DNA of 64,000 nt from Minisyncoccota bacterium (GCA_041650615.1 JBAZKU010000001.1:23385-87384), one strand, 5' to 3'; positions 10,150-21,648 are shown, counted from the first letter of the stretch. Numbers and translations: made by a program. Notes: generated by a model not told the origin, from the sequence alone.

Positions 10150-10186
10150 CCCACACACTTATTTTTTTAAAAAATAAGTGTGTGGG
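10150..10186. repeat. Palindromic element, family B (CCC.CACACTTATTTT...AAAATAAGTGTG.GGG)
   Basis: Near-perfect hairpin flanked by a TTTA direct repeat; similar copies at 17893, 28908 and 36933. Confidence 0.85.
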
Positions 10187-10187
10187 T

Positions 10188-11939
10188 TTATTTGGAAAAT
10201 ATTTTCCAAACATTATCTGTTTTAGTATACCATAAATATGAGTTTAGAAATCTATTTTCTGGTGCGACAATATAATTTATAGAAAAACCTTCCAAATTTT
10301 TTGGCACGACGTATATGAAATCAGGGCTATATAAAAAAACTACCGGCATGTCTTTTTTAATCTCACTTTCAAATTGAGCATACTTGGCAATTCTCGATTT
10401 TTCGTCAATCGTAATAAACGCACTTTCTAATATTTTATCCACTTTGGCATTAGTATACATTGCCACATTAAGACCTGGATCTTTTATTTGCGAGGAATGC
10501 CAAAAAGCAAATAGATCAGATTCATTATTTATAATCTCTCCAAAAAGCAAAGCATCATATTTGCGTGGACGAATAACACTTTGGTTTAAATTGCCAATCT
10601 CAAAAGTTTTAATATCAACTTTCATGCCAATTTCTTCCAGATCCTGTTTTATTAATTCTGCCGATTTTACAAGTTCAGGAGCATTTCCAGTCGAAATAGA
10701 AAATTCCAAATAGGTTATAGTCTTTTTCTTTTTTTTGTCGGTGATTGTTTTCTGTAAAAATCCGTCTGTTCCTTTCACCCAGCCATCTTTGCTCAAGATA
10801 TCTTGTGCTTTTTTAACTTTGTTTTCATGTGAAGTGTCATCTGCTTTTTCTAAATTTTGGTAATCAATCATGTTAGGAGGGATCGGGCTGTCAATCACAA
10901 TTCCATATCCGGAGAACACATTACGAATAATACTGCTTTTATTTATAGCAAGATCCATAGCTTTGATTATATTTTTATCAGTAAAAATTTGATTTTGACT
11001 TTGGTTAAAAAAGAGTCCGAACACTCGAGGAAGCGCCAAAGATTCTACTCGATAATTCCCCTCTTTTAATATTTGCGCATTTATAGGAGAGATAGAACTT
11101 ATTTTATCCACTTCTCCAATTCCTAGCGCTTTTATTAGATTTTCTTCACTTGAATAAAAGCGTAACGTCAATTTACTTAAATAGGGTTCGCCTAAAGCAA
11201 ATTCTGCAAAGGGTACTAAATCATAATAATCTATTGATCCGTCGGATTGTTTGCTTACTTTTTCGATCTTAAAAGGTCCTGATCCGATTGGTTGTGTGTT
11301 TACATTGTTTAACTCAATGGGTGTGGTATTCCACAAATATGCCGGCATTATGCCAAGTGTTGTGTTTTCTAAAAAAGACGCATAAGGCTGTTTTAATATA
11401 AACTTAACTGTTTTTTCATCTATTTTTTCCACACTTACGCTACTCCAATTTCCCCTTTTAGGACTTTTTATGACTGGATCCTTTATTTCATTTATAGTGA
11501 AGATTATATCATCAACAGTGATGGGGTTTTTATCATGAAAATATATATTGTCTTTTAAGGTAAAAGTATATATCAAACCATCTTTTGAAACATCGTATTT
11601 AAGAGCCAAGTCCGGGATAAGTGTGCCATCAGAATTTTTTCTCATTAGCCCGGAATAAATAAGCGATACTAAATCTTGGTCGGCATCAGAAAAGGCCAAT
11701 ACTGGATTTATAAAACGAGGAATACCGATAACTCCTTCCGTTATAGTCCCTCCTTTCATAGGCACGTTGACCATAAAAGATTTATTAATATCCTGAAGTA
11801 TTGTCAATGTGCTTATGCAAAGAATAGCTACAAAACATAAAAAAACAAAATACTCTCTTTTTGAGAAATTAGAGATAGCCTTCCTTATTTCGTTTTTTGA
11901 CGGCAATAAACTACGTATGCGACTGTAAAATTTTTCCAT
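10188..11939 (-). CDS. ABC transporter peptide-binding protein (SBP family 5)
   Basis: LIYSGL, PDLA, YTFTLK..F HD, PIGSGPFK motifs. Confidence 0.9.
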   Translation of the reverse strand: MEKFYSRIRSLLPSKNEIRKAISNFSKREYFVFLCFVAILCISTLTILQDINKSFMVNVPMKGGTITEGVIGIPRFINPVLAFSDADQDLVSLIYSGLMRKNSDGTLIPDLALKYDVSKDGLIYTFTLKDNIYFHDKNPITVDDIIFTINEIKDPVIKSPKRGNWSSVSVEKIDEKTVKFILKQPYASFLENTTLGIMPAYLWNTTPIELNNVNTQPIGSGPFKIEKVSKQSDGSIDYYDLVPFAEFALGEPYLSKLTLRFYSSEENLIKALGIGEVDKISSISPINAQILKEGNYRVESLALPRVFGLFFNQSQNQIFTDKNIIKAMDLAINKSSIIRNVFSGYGIVIDSPIPPNMIDYQNLEKADDTSHENKVKKAQDILSKDGWVKGTDGFLQKTITDKKKKKTITYLEFSISTGNAPELVKSAELIKQDLEEIGMKVDIKTFEIGNLNQSVIRPRKYDALLFGEIINNESDLFAFWHSSQIKDPGLNVAMYTNAKVDKILESAFITIDEKSRIAKYAQFESEIKKDMPVVFLYSPDFIYVVPKNLEGFSINYIVAPENRFLNSYLWYTKTDNVWKIFSK

Positions 11940-11972
11940 AAAACTAAAATTTAATGCAAAATGTAGATTTTA

Positions 11973-12215
11973 TTAGCTTCTTGCTTTTATAACAATAACA
12001 AGAATAGCAGATAAAGTAAAAAGAATTCCACAAGCAATGGATAAATAGAAAAGAAATCTTTCGAAACCTCGGCGGGTGTGGTGAAGAGTATCTCCATCGC
12101 TTCCCCCTAATGCGCCTCCTAGCCCTGCTCCTGATTGCTGGAGCAGTATCGCTGTTACTAAGACCACAGAAAGTATTATCTGCGCATAAGGCAGTATTGT
12201 AGCTACTAATTGCAT
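11973..12215 (-). CDS. secG: Preprotein translocase subunit SecG
   Basis: ILLQQSGAGLGGALGG...TRRGFERFL, two TM segments. Confidence 0.9.
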   Translation of the reverse strand: MQLVATILPYAQIILSVVLVTAILLQQSGAGLGGALGGSDGDTLHHTRRGFERFLFYLSIACGILFTLSAILVIVIKARS

Positions 12216-12305
12216 ACAACTAGTATCTCATATTTTAACCCAAAATGCAATCCTTGAATTCTCAATTGCGTTGTGAATCATTTTTTCTATGATATTATAT
12301 TAAAT

Positions 12306-13418
12306 ATGTCACAACAAAAAATATCATCTTTAAGCAAAGAACTTCAAGCAAAAATATTTATGGGGGAAAGGGATTATAAATCTAACCCCAAAACACCTAT
12401 TACCAACTGGCTTGTTCACACTAAAAGACACTGCAACGGAGGCAAAACAGTAAATGCCGGACTTTGGCTGAAGAAACACACTGATAATGGAGGAAAAATA
12501 TTTTTAACTATGTCCGGGGCAGGCTCTTCTTTTCAACAGGGGATTATGATATCCGAGCTTATAAGAGCGGGGAAGATTGCCGCTATTTCTGTAACCGGAG
12601 CCAATTTGGAAGAAAGTCTTTATAGACTTGTTGCTAATAGCCATTATGCTTATATACCGGACTATGTTGAATTAACCAGAGCCGAAGAAAAAGAATTAGC
12701 TCGAGCCGGGCTTCGCAGAATCACGGATACATTCTTGCCGGAAGATGAATCAGTTAGAGTGGTTTTGCCGGAATTGGAAAAATTATGGCGTGAAGCGGAA
12801 GAAAAAAACAAACCTCTTTTGTGGCATGAATATTTCTTTCAACTTTTTGAAAGAAAAGCCATAGCTTTTGATCCGACAGCCAATCCGGAGGAGTGTTGGT
12901 TGTATCAAGCATGGTTGCATAAAGTTCCGGTTTTTGTTCCTGGGGTGGAAGATTCAACTATGGGAAATATTTTTACTCAAGCATCTTATAACGGCAATCA
13001 TCCAATATTGTCAAAATATAAATTAGAGAAACCCATAAGTCCGGAAATAATTCATCATTCATTTCGTTATATGCATGCTTTAGCCGAATGGTATATGGAT
13101 AACACTAAAGAAAAAGGATTAGCCTTTTTGCAATTGGGAGGAGGCATAGCCGCCGATTTTCCTATTTGTGTAGTTCCTCATATTAAAAAAGATTTTCTTT
13201 GGAAAGAAAGTGAAGAGATACAAGAAAAAGTAGTGCGTTCTTGGGCAGGATTTATTGAAATTCATTCTTCACCGATGAGTTTCGGTTCATACTCTGGAGC
13301 CGGTTTTAAAGAAAAAATAACTTGGGAAAAATTTGAAATTGATGCTTTTGGAGAGCAAATATTTGGTGATTACACAGAACATTTTCCAGACATCGCGGCT
13401 ATCATCTTGGGTAAATAA
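12306..13418 (+). CDS. Deoxyhypusine synthase-like protein
   Basis: TGANLEE, DSTMG, LGGG, GSYSGA..KEKITWEK; start set to the ATG at 12306. Confidence 0.85.
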   Translation: MSQQKISSLSKELQAKIFMGERDYKSNPKTPITNWLVHTKRHCNGGKTVNAGLWLKKHTDNGGKIFLTMSGAGSSFQQGIMISELIRAGKIAAISVTGANLEESLYRLVANSHYAYIPDYVELTRAEEKELARAGLRRITDTFLPEDESVRVVLPELEKLWREAEEKNKPLLWHEYFFQLFERKAIAFDPTANPEECWLYQAWLHKVPVFVPGVEDSTMGNIFTQASYNGNHPILSKYKLEKPISPEIIHHSFRYMHALAEWYMDNTKEKGLAFLQLGGGIAADFPICVVPHIKKDFLWKESEEIQEKVVRSWAGFIEIHSSPMSFGSYSGAGFKEKITWEKFEIDAFGEQIFGDYTEHFPDIAAIILGK

Positions 13419-13456
13419 AACTGTTGCGTTAAAAAGAGTTTCTTGAATTATATGTA

Positions 13457-13577
13457 TCCCGTTAGAGATTAATTAGTTTAATGGGAAAATTTAAATTAAA
13501 ATATTAAAAAAGTTTATTTAGTCAATAAATTATAAAAATAAGTACGAGAATCTAAAGATTCTCTATCTCTAACGGGA
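13457..13577. mobile_element. ATG-abutting inverted-repeat element (family A), copy 3
   Basis: ATGTA|TCCCGTTAGAGAT...ATCTCTAACGGGA|TGTA. Confidence 0.85.
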
Positions 13578-13798
13578 TGTATATAAGAGTCACAGTTACG
13601 ACAAAGGCAAAAAAAGAATCTTTTAAACAAAAATCAAAAGATTGTTTTGAAATCTCCGTCAAAGAAAAAGCCGAGCGGAATATGGCTAATACCCGTGTCT
13701 TAGAACTTGTGGCTATGTATTTAAAAGTTTCAAAAAATAAGGTCCGAATTGTAAATGGCCATCGGCATCCGAGCAAGCTCTTGGTGATAGATTTATAA
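13577..13798 (+). CDS. DUF167 / YggU-like protein
   Basis: ISVKEKAERNMAN...VRIVNGHRHPSK. Confidence 0.8.
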   Translation: MYIRVTVTTKAKKESFKQKSKDCFEISVKEKAERNMANTRVLELVAMYLKVSKNKVRIVNGHRHPSKLLVIDL

Positions 13799-13807
13799 AA
13801 AGATTTT

Positions 13808-14476
13808 TTAGGCGAGATCGTTCCAGACAATAACTTTCCATTCATTTTTTTTAAACCAATGATGAGTGTAGGAGCAAATGGCCATACTGGCATTGTCTAT
13901 CGGATTAAAATAACTCAAATTATTATATTGCGAAGCAGTAAGGCTGTCTCCATAAAGCATGTAAGACACCACCATTTTTAGAAAAATTTTATGAGTGACC
14001 ATAATAATTCTTTTTTGCCTTCTTCTGCTAATATAAACTAATAATTTTTTTGCTCTTGCTTTTAGGTCGGAAAAATTTTCTTCATCAGAAACCCGTAAAT
14101 CGTCGGCATGATAACTATTATCAATGCGGTCAATGATTGCTCGAACTTCTCTTTCTTCTCCCGAATGGCCGATTATTTCAGAAGGATTTTTTCTTTCCAT
14201 CAAAAGATCGGAGTATTTAATTTTTAGATTAAGTTCCTTCGCAATTATTTCGGCCGTTTCTTTTGTGCGCTGATAAGGGCTTGAGATGATAATTTGAGGA
14301 CGCCCTTTATGTTTCGGGAATCTCATAGCTGTAGCTAAAGCCTGTGCTCTGCCTTTTTCAGTCAAAGACCCGTCTGGCCCTTGTCTTATGTTTTTAGCAT
14401 TAAGCACAGTTTCTCCGTGTCTTACGAAATATATTAACTTTGTTCCCATATGCATAATATTACCATAAATACTCAT
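13808..14476 (-). CDS. Histidine phosphatase (phosphoglycerate mutase family); start uncertain
   Basis: VRHGET, SSPYQRTKETA, VTH motifs. Confidence 0.85.
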   Translation of the reverse strand: MSIYGNIMHMGTKLIYFVRHGETVLNAKNIRQGPDGSLTEKGRAQALATAMRFPKHKGRPQIIISSPYQRTKETAEIIAKELNLKIKYSDLLMERKNPSEIIGHSGEEREVRAIIDRIDNSYHADDLRVSDEENFSDLKARAKKLLVYISRRRQKRIIMVTHKIFLKMVVSYMLYGDSLTASQYNNLSYFNPIDNASMAICSYTHHWFKKNEWKVIVWNDLA

Positions 14477-14755
14477 AAATAAGGCTATTTTTTATGCTTG
14501 ACACTAAGTTTTGCTTAATATATACTTCTCCCTGAGCGTCTAGTCCGTTTTGGATAGGACGTTTTTGTTTCAATCTTTGAAAAATGAATAGAAGTACAAG
14601 CCCCGCCACTGCGGGGCAGTGCAAGTTTGATATGTTTTTTTGAGTAATAATAATCAAAGAGCTAGGACACATGACAAAATGCAAAAACATTGCTGTTTTT
14701 TGTTTTGTTTCGTTCTAAACCCGTACACCTATTTATATAGGTGTAGGGTAAAACT

Positions 14756-16303
<1,548 letters not shown>

Positions 16304-16550
16304 TTGAAAAATGTTCCAATTTTGATTTATCAAAATTGAGAATCCCGCCCTCGGCGGGATCTGACCTCGGAGAGGTTGAGCTTATTGAGTCGGTATTGTG
16401 TAGCTCAATTGACTACACAATAGTTTGTTTGAACTTAAAACAATCTGACAAGCGTGGAAAGACAGGCAAAACCTGCCTCGCATTGCTAGCAATAGCGACG
16501 CAAGGCGGGTAAAAAAGTTTAAAAGAACGAAACAAAACATAGAACAGCAA

Positions 16551-16580
16551 AAAAATACCTCGCGCAAGCGGGGTATTTTT
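16551..16580 (+). terminator. Putative intrinsic terminator after the 16S
   Basis: AAAAATACCTCGC-GCAA-GCGGGGTATTTTT. Confidence 0.6.
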
Positions 16581-16594
16581 GTTATACTTTTTGC

Positions 16595-17650
16595 ATGTCG
16601 GAGAATAATACTAAAATCAAACTAGGAATACTTCGAGGCGGAGCAGGAAAACACTATGAATCTTCTTTGCGAAAAGGCGGAGATCTTATTTCGCATATTT
16701 TCAAAAATTTGTCTGATAAGTATAAAACAGTTGATATTTTGATTGACAAAAAAGGCGAATGGCATATTAATGGCGTACCCATAAATCCTGCGGATTTGGT
16801 ACGTAAAGTTGATATCGTTTGGAATACTACACATCCGAATGTTTCTTCTATCCTGCAAAATTTTTCTATTCCTCATATTAGCAATAGTATTTTTTCGTCC
16901 ACATTGGAAAATAGCCGAGAAATGTTAGAAGAACATATAAAAAGCATCGGAGTTCAGATGCCCAGATCCATAATCCTGCCTTTATATCAAAAAGATTTTG
17001 ATGGGACTAGAGAAAGATACGCTATTAAAAAAGCAAAAGAAATTTTTGAAAAATTTGGCTCGCCCTGGATTGTGAAATCTTTTACAAATAATTCCGATAT
17101 GGGTCCCATTAGAGGCCGCGAGGGCTCGCAGCGACCCTCTGCCTCTAACGGGATGGGCATACATCTGGCAAAAACTTTTGGAGAATTAGCGGGAGCGATA
17201 GAAGATGGAGTAATTCATGAAAAAAGTATTTTGATTGAAGAATTTATTTCAGGCAAAGTTGCTTCGGTGCATTCTGTCGTTGGTTTTCGCGGAGACCTGC
17301 CTGCGCAGGCAGGACAAATTTATACTTTTCCTCTGGGCAAACCTTTTGGCAACCCGCCTAGACTCCCGCCTAGACTTGGCGAGGCTGGCGGCGAGGCTGG
17401 TTTTTCTTCCAGTGAAAAAGAAAAATTGATTTCTCTGGCAAAAGATTTGCATAATCATATTGGAGCAAAACATTATTTAAAATCTGATTTTGTTTTAAAT
17501 TCCCGAGGCAAAATTTTTCTTTTAAATATAGAGTCTATTCCTGACTTAAAATCGGACTCGCATTTTTCCCAAGTCTGTGAATCTGTTGGCGCTAAGGCAC
17601 ATCACGTAGTTGAACATATTTTAGAAAGAGCGTTAAATAAGAGTATATAA
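16595..17650 (+). CDS. D-Ala-D-Ala ligase-like ATP-grasp protein, divergent, with several palindromic in-frame inserts
   Basis: ILRGG...YESSL, PWIVKS, ILIEEFISG, KSDF...IFLLNIESIPD resemble ddl motifs but are degenerate. Confidence 0.75.
   Translation: MSENNTKIKLGILRGGAGKHYESSLRKGGDLISHIFKNLSDKYKTVDILIDKKGEWHINGVPINPADLVRKVDIVWNTTHPNVSSILQNFSIPHISNSIFSSTLENSREMLEEHIKSIGVQMPRSIILPLYQKDFDGTRERYAIKKAKEIFEKFGSPWIVKSFTNNSDMGPIRGREGSQRPSASNGMGIHLAKTFGELAGAIEDGVIHEKSILIEEFISGKVASVHSVVGFRGDLPAQAGQIYTFPLGKPFGNPPRLPPRLGEAGGEAGFSSSEKEKLISLAKDLHNHIGAKHYLKSDFVLNSRGKIFLLNIESIPDLKSDSHFSQVCESVGAKAHHVVEHILERALNKSI
17104..17153. mobile_element. Family A element inserted in frame at an internal ATG of the ddl-like gene
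   Basis: ATGGG|TCCCATTAGAGGC...GCCTCTAACGGGA|TGGG; 54 nt between the two ATGs; adds MGPIRGREGSQRPSASNG. Confidence 0.85.
17353..17400 (+). repeat. Nested doublet of the coding palindrome CCCGCCTAGACTCGGCGAGGCT (PPRLGEAG)
   Basis: One copy interrupts another; single copies at 20386 and 50056. Confidence 0.8.
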
Positions 17651-17652
17651 AA

Positions 17653-17723
17653 CGGGCCGTAGTATACCGGTAGTACACGCCCTTCGGGAGGGCGTAGACT
17701 GGGTTCGATTCCCAGCGGCCCGA
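17653..17723 (+). tRNA. tRNA-Pro(CGG)
   Basis: Acceptor stem CGGGCCG/CGGCCCG, anticodon arm CGCCC-TTCGGGA-GGGCG, GTTCGATT T-loop. Confidence 0.93.
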
Positions 17724-17892
17724 CATTTTGCTTTAATTCTCCCTTGTTGGTACAATTTACTTATAAAATTGTTTTTATCTGTAGCGGGTGATCGCACTCA
17801 CATAGGCACATATGTTGGAGTTTCGCCATCACCCGCTTCAAATGGAAACAATTTTTTTATTCTAAAACCATTTTTGATTTTCAAAAAGTTAT

Positions 17893-18027
17893 CCCCCACA
17901 CCTACTTTTGTATTATTCTGATTTTTCAATAAAATTACCAAAGTACTTTACATTTTCTCGTAAAAACTCTTTTTTAGGATTATTCTGTTAATAGAATTAA
18001 AAATTGATACAAAAGTAAGTGTGGGGG
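17893..18027. repeat. Long family B element with AT-rich spacer, inserted at a DnaA box
   Basis: TTAT|CCCCCACACCTACTTTTGTAT...ATACAAAAGTAAGTGTGGGGG|TTATCCACA. Confidence 0.8.
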
Positions 18028-18191
18028 TTATCCACAGTTTTGCATAAAAACTTATTGTATTATCTTTTAATATGCGGGATAATTAAAGTGTTCCCGCAAT
18101 AATTATTTAAAAATATTTTTATTGTGTTTAAAAAAGATATTTTGAGGTCGTATTATTGCAAACTAAATTAAAAAATTAATTTAAAACTAAA

Positions 18192-18266
18192 ATGGCAAAG
18201 AAAAAGAAAAAGGCAGCAAAAAAGGGAAAGAAAAAGGCAGCAAAAAAGGGAAAGAAGCGAGCATAG
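18192..18266 (+). CDS. Small Lys/Ala-rich protein MAKKKKKAAKKGKKKAAKKGKKRA (24 aa), not in the ORF track
   Basis: ATG...TAG, internal 24-bp tandem repeat, hairpin plus T-run downstream (about 18291-18320). Confidence 0.6.
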   Translation: MAKKKKKAAKKGKKKAAKKGKKRA

Positions 18267-18343
18267 TCTTTTCCTACTTCTAAAAGGTCTCCTCCGATTC
18301 AAGTCAGAGGGGATTTTTTAGTTTTTATGCTAATATACTAATT

Positions 18344-20908
18344 ATGAGTTTATATAGTAAAATATTTGGCGATACCAGTTCCAAATTTATCAAAAATACC
18401 AAAGGAATAGTAGCTGAAATAAACGCTTTAGAGGCTGAAATTTCAAAGTTGGCGAATGAAGATTTTCCAAAGAAAACGCAAGAATTTAAGGATAGACTGG
18501 CAAAAGGCGAGACCTTGGATGATATATTGCCGGAAGCTTTTGCCCTAGTTCGGGAAGCTGCCAAGAGAAATTTAAATGAGAGGCATTTTGATGTCCAATT
18601 GGTAGGAGGAATAGCGTTGCATCAAGGCAAAATCGCGGAAATGAAAACTGGTGAAGGAAAAACTTTAGTGGCTACCTTGCCACTTTATTTGAATGCGCTT
18701 ATGGGAAAGGGCGCGCATCTTGTGACTGTGAATGATTATCTAGCGCGCTTGGGCGCAGTCTTGATGGGTCAAGTTTATAATTTTTTAGGATTGACGGTCG
18801 GAGTTATTAATTCACAAAACGTTTCTTATTTATACGATTCAAAACATACTGAAGAAGATAAAGAACGCGACCGAGTCGGAGAATTTAAAATTGTTTATGA
18901 CTTTCTGAAACCGTGTTCACGCAAAGAAGCATATGGAGCGGATATAACTTATGGCACGAACCATGAATTTGGTTTTGATTATTTGCGAGACAATTTAGCC
19001 ACGTCTATAAATGATATTGTTCAACGAGGACATTTTTTCGCAATAGTGGACGAAGTGGATTCTATTTTAATAGATGAAGCGCGCACCCCGCTTATTATTT
19101 CTTCCGCTTCCGGAGATTCTGAAGATTTTTATGTTAAATTTTATCAAATTGCCAAGCAGTTAAAAAGAGATACCGATTATGAAGTGGACGAAAAATTAAA
19201 AGCGATAACGCTAACGGATGCGGGCATAAGTAAAGCGGAAAATTTGCTCGGGGTGGATAACATATATACCGAAAAAGGCATTAAATATGCGCATCATTTG
19301 GAAACGGCGGTTAAAGCACAGGCTATTTTTGAACGAGATAGGGATTATGTGGTAAAGGAAGGAGAAGTGATCATTGTGGATCCTTTTACTGGGCGTTTGC
19401 AGCCAGGCAGGCGTTGGAGTGAAGGAATTCATCAAGCAATTGAGGCGAAAGAAGGCGTAAAAATAGAAAAAGAAACTCGTTCTTCCGGATCCATCACTTT
19501 CCAAAATTATTTTAGGTTTTATAAAAAATTATCTGGTATGACAGGAACAGCCGAAACTTCTGCCGAAGAATTTTTGAAAGTTTATAATTTGGATGTAATG
19601 GTCATACCTACCAATCGTCCTGTAGTGAGAATTGACCACTCCGATTTAATTTTCCAAAGTGAAACTGGAAAATTTAAAGCTATCGCTAAAAAAATAAAAG
19701 AATTAAATGAAAAGGGTCAGCCGGTTTTGATTGGGACTATCTCCATTGAAAAAAATGAACTCCTGTCCGTTTATTTAAAACAAGAAGGTGTCCAGCATAC
19801 TATTTTGAATGCCAAGAATCATGAAAAGGAAGGAGAAATAATTGCCCAAGCAGGCAAGAGAGGCGCAGTGACCATTGCCACAAACATGGCTGGTCGCGGA
19901 ATTGATATTAAGCTTGGAGGTAATCCCTTAGTGCAAGAAGAATATGAATTTGTAAAAAGTGTTGGGGGTTTGTTTGTTCTTGGGACTGAAAGACATGAGG
20001 CGCGCAGAATAGACAACCAACTTCGAGGCCGTTCAGGCAGACAGGGAGACCCGGGGGAAACGCAATTTTATGTTTCTCTGGAAGATGATTTAATGCGCGT
20101 GTTCGGCTCGGAACGAATAAAAAATATGATGGGACGTTTTGGTATTCCGGAAGATCAGCCAATTGAGAACGGTTTTATAAACCGGTCGCTTGAAAATGCT
20201 CAAGCCAAAATAGAAGGTTTTCATTTTGATGCCAGAAAAAATACTCTTGAATATGATGATGTAATGAATCATCAGCGTCAGATTATTTATGAGAGACGCC
20301 AAAAAATGATGCTTTCCAATAAAGAAGAAGTTGAAGCTTTATTGAAACAAATTTTAGAGAATAGGGAAGAAAAAGAAAAGTTAGACCCGCTTAGACTCAG
20401 CGAGGCTAGAAAAATAATTGAAGAAAAGAGAGAAAAAATAGGAGACGTTAATTTTCTAGAAACTGTCCGCAGGATTGCTCTTTATACTACTGACACTCTT
20501 TGGATGGAACATCTGGAAGCGATGGACTATCTGCGTTCGTCGGTGAACTTGCGCGCTTATGGCCAGCGTGAGCCGATTGTGGAATATAAAAAAGAAGGGT
20601 TATTTATGTTCAAAGAAATGGAAGTAGCCTTTAAAGAGCAGGTTTTATCGCTTATTCAGACAATAAATACCGATATTCGCCCAAGAATAACCATAGAGGA
20701 TAATAGGCCAAAACAAACTTTAGTTACCAGCCATAATGAACCTGAAGAGTTTTCAGATACAAAGAAGGTTATAGAAAAAGAATTAAATATTGGCCGAAAT
20801 GATCCCTGTCCTTGTGGGGCAATTAATCCGGCTACCGGTGAAGTCTATAAATATAAAAAATGCGGTCTCATAAACGCTCCCCAGCATCGCAGGTCGTTGA
20901 TTAATTAA
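18344..20908 (+). CDS. secA: Preprotein translocase subunit SecA
   Basis: EMKTGEGKT, DEVDSILIDEARTPLIIS, C-terminal GRNDPCPCG. Confidence 0.98.
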   Translation: MSLYSKIFGDTSSKFIKNTKGIVAEINALEAEISKLANEDFPKKTQEFKDRLAKGETLDDILPEAFALVREAAKRNLNERHFDVQLVGGIALHQGKIAEMKTGEGKTLVATLPLYLNALMGKGAHLVTVNDYLARLGAVLMGQVYNFLGLTVGVINSQNVSYLYDSKHTEEDKERDRVGEFKIVYDFLKPCSRKEAYGADITYGTNHEFGFDYLRDNLATSINDIVQRGHFFAIVDEVDSILIDEARTPLIISSASGDSEDFYVKFYQIAKQLKRDTDYEVDEKLKAITLTDAGISKAENLLGVDNIYTEKGIKYAHHLETAVKAQAIFERDRDYVVKEGEVIIVDPFTGRLQPGRRWSEGIHQAIEAKEGVKIEKETRSSGSITFQNYFRFYKKLSGMTGTAETSAEEFLKVYNLDVMVIPTNRPVVRIDHSDLIFQSETGKFKAIAKKIKELNEKGQPVLIGTISIEKNELLSVYLKQEGVQHTILNAKNHEKEGEIIAQAGKRGAVTIATNMAGRGIDIKLGGNPLVQEEYEFVKSVGGLFVLGTERHEARRIDNQLRGRSGRQGDPGETQFYVSLEDDLMRVFGSERIKNMMGRFGIPEDQPIENGFINRSLENAQAKIEGFHFDARKNTLEYDDVMNHQRQIIYERRQKMMLSNKEEVEALLKQILENREEKEKLDPLRLSEARKIIEEKREKIGDVNFLETVRRIALYTTDTLWMEHLEAMDYLRSSVNLRAYGQREPIVEYKKEGLFMFKEMEVAFKEQVLSLIQTINTDIRPRITIEDNRPKQTLVTSHNEPEEFSDTKKVIEKELNIGRNDPCPCGAINPATGEVYKYKKCGLINAPQHRRSLIN

Positions 20909-20931
20909 AAAACACCACAGAGTGTAAAGAC

Positions 20932-21396
20932 ATGAAAAGAATTCTAACACTTTGCATAATTCATCAACATCCAAGGATATTGCTCGGAATGAAAAAGCGA
21001 GGATTTGGAGAGGGGAGGTGGAATGGATTTGGTGGAAAGATTAAAGAAGGTGAGTCTATTGAAGAAGCGATGAGAAGAGAGATTAGAGAGGAATCGGGAA
21101 TTGAAGTTAAGGATCTAAGTAAAATTGGAATAATGGAATTTAAGCTTGAAAATAATAATGAAATTCAAGAAGTTCACCTTTTTAAAGCAAAAAATTTTAC
21201 CGGAGAATTGATAGAAAGCGAAGAAATGAAACCACAATGGTTTCACATTGATGAAATTCCCTTCAAAGATATGTGGCCGAATGATATATATTGGATGCCT
21301 CTATTTTTAAAAGGAAAAAAATTTAAGGGAAAATTTTCCTTAGGTAAATTTGATGCTGTTCTTGAGCAAGAATTAATAGAAGTTGATATAATATAA
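20932..21396 (+). CDS. NUDIX hydrolase, MTH1-like 8-oxo-dGTP diphosphatase
   Basis: LLGMKKRGFGEGRWNGFGGK...RREIREESG, ESEEMKPQWF, MWPND. Confidence 0.9.
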   Translation: MKRILTLCIIHQHPRILLGMKKRGFGEGRWNGFGGKIKEGESIEEAMRREIREESGIEVKDLSKIGIMEFKLENNNEIQEVHLFKAKNFTGELIESEEMKPQWFHIDEIPFKDMWPNDIYWMPLFLKGKKFKGKFSLGKFDAVLEQELIEVDII

Positions 21397-21399
21397 TTT

Positions 21400-21648
21400 A
21401 TGAAAAAATTAGAAGTTGGGGCAGTTTATAAACATTATAAGGGGACAAAAGCGAAAGTTATCGGCGAGGCGTTTAATAGTGAAACACGGGAGCCGATGGT
21501 TATTTATATTCATTTGGAAGATGGTGTTATTTGGACCAGGCCAAAGAGAATGTTTTTGGAAAATGTGACAGTAAATGGAAAAAAAGTTGAAAGATTTAAA
21601 AAATTAAATCAAAAAATTCTAATAAAACCCGGAAAAAAGCAAGGATGA
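21400..21648 (+). CDS. DUF1653 domain protein
   Basis: YKHYKG...SET.EPMVIY...WTRP..MF. Confidence 0.85.
   Translation: MKKLEVGAVYKHYKGTKAKVIGEAFNSETREPMVIYIHLEDGVIWTRPKRMFLENVTVNGKKVERFKKLNQKILIKPGKKQG

Noticed and set aside
17881-18190. Replication origin
   Set aside because: One perfect DnaA box and AT-rich DNA, but no box cluster and no dnaA or dnaN nearby.
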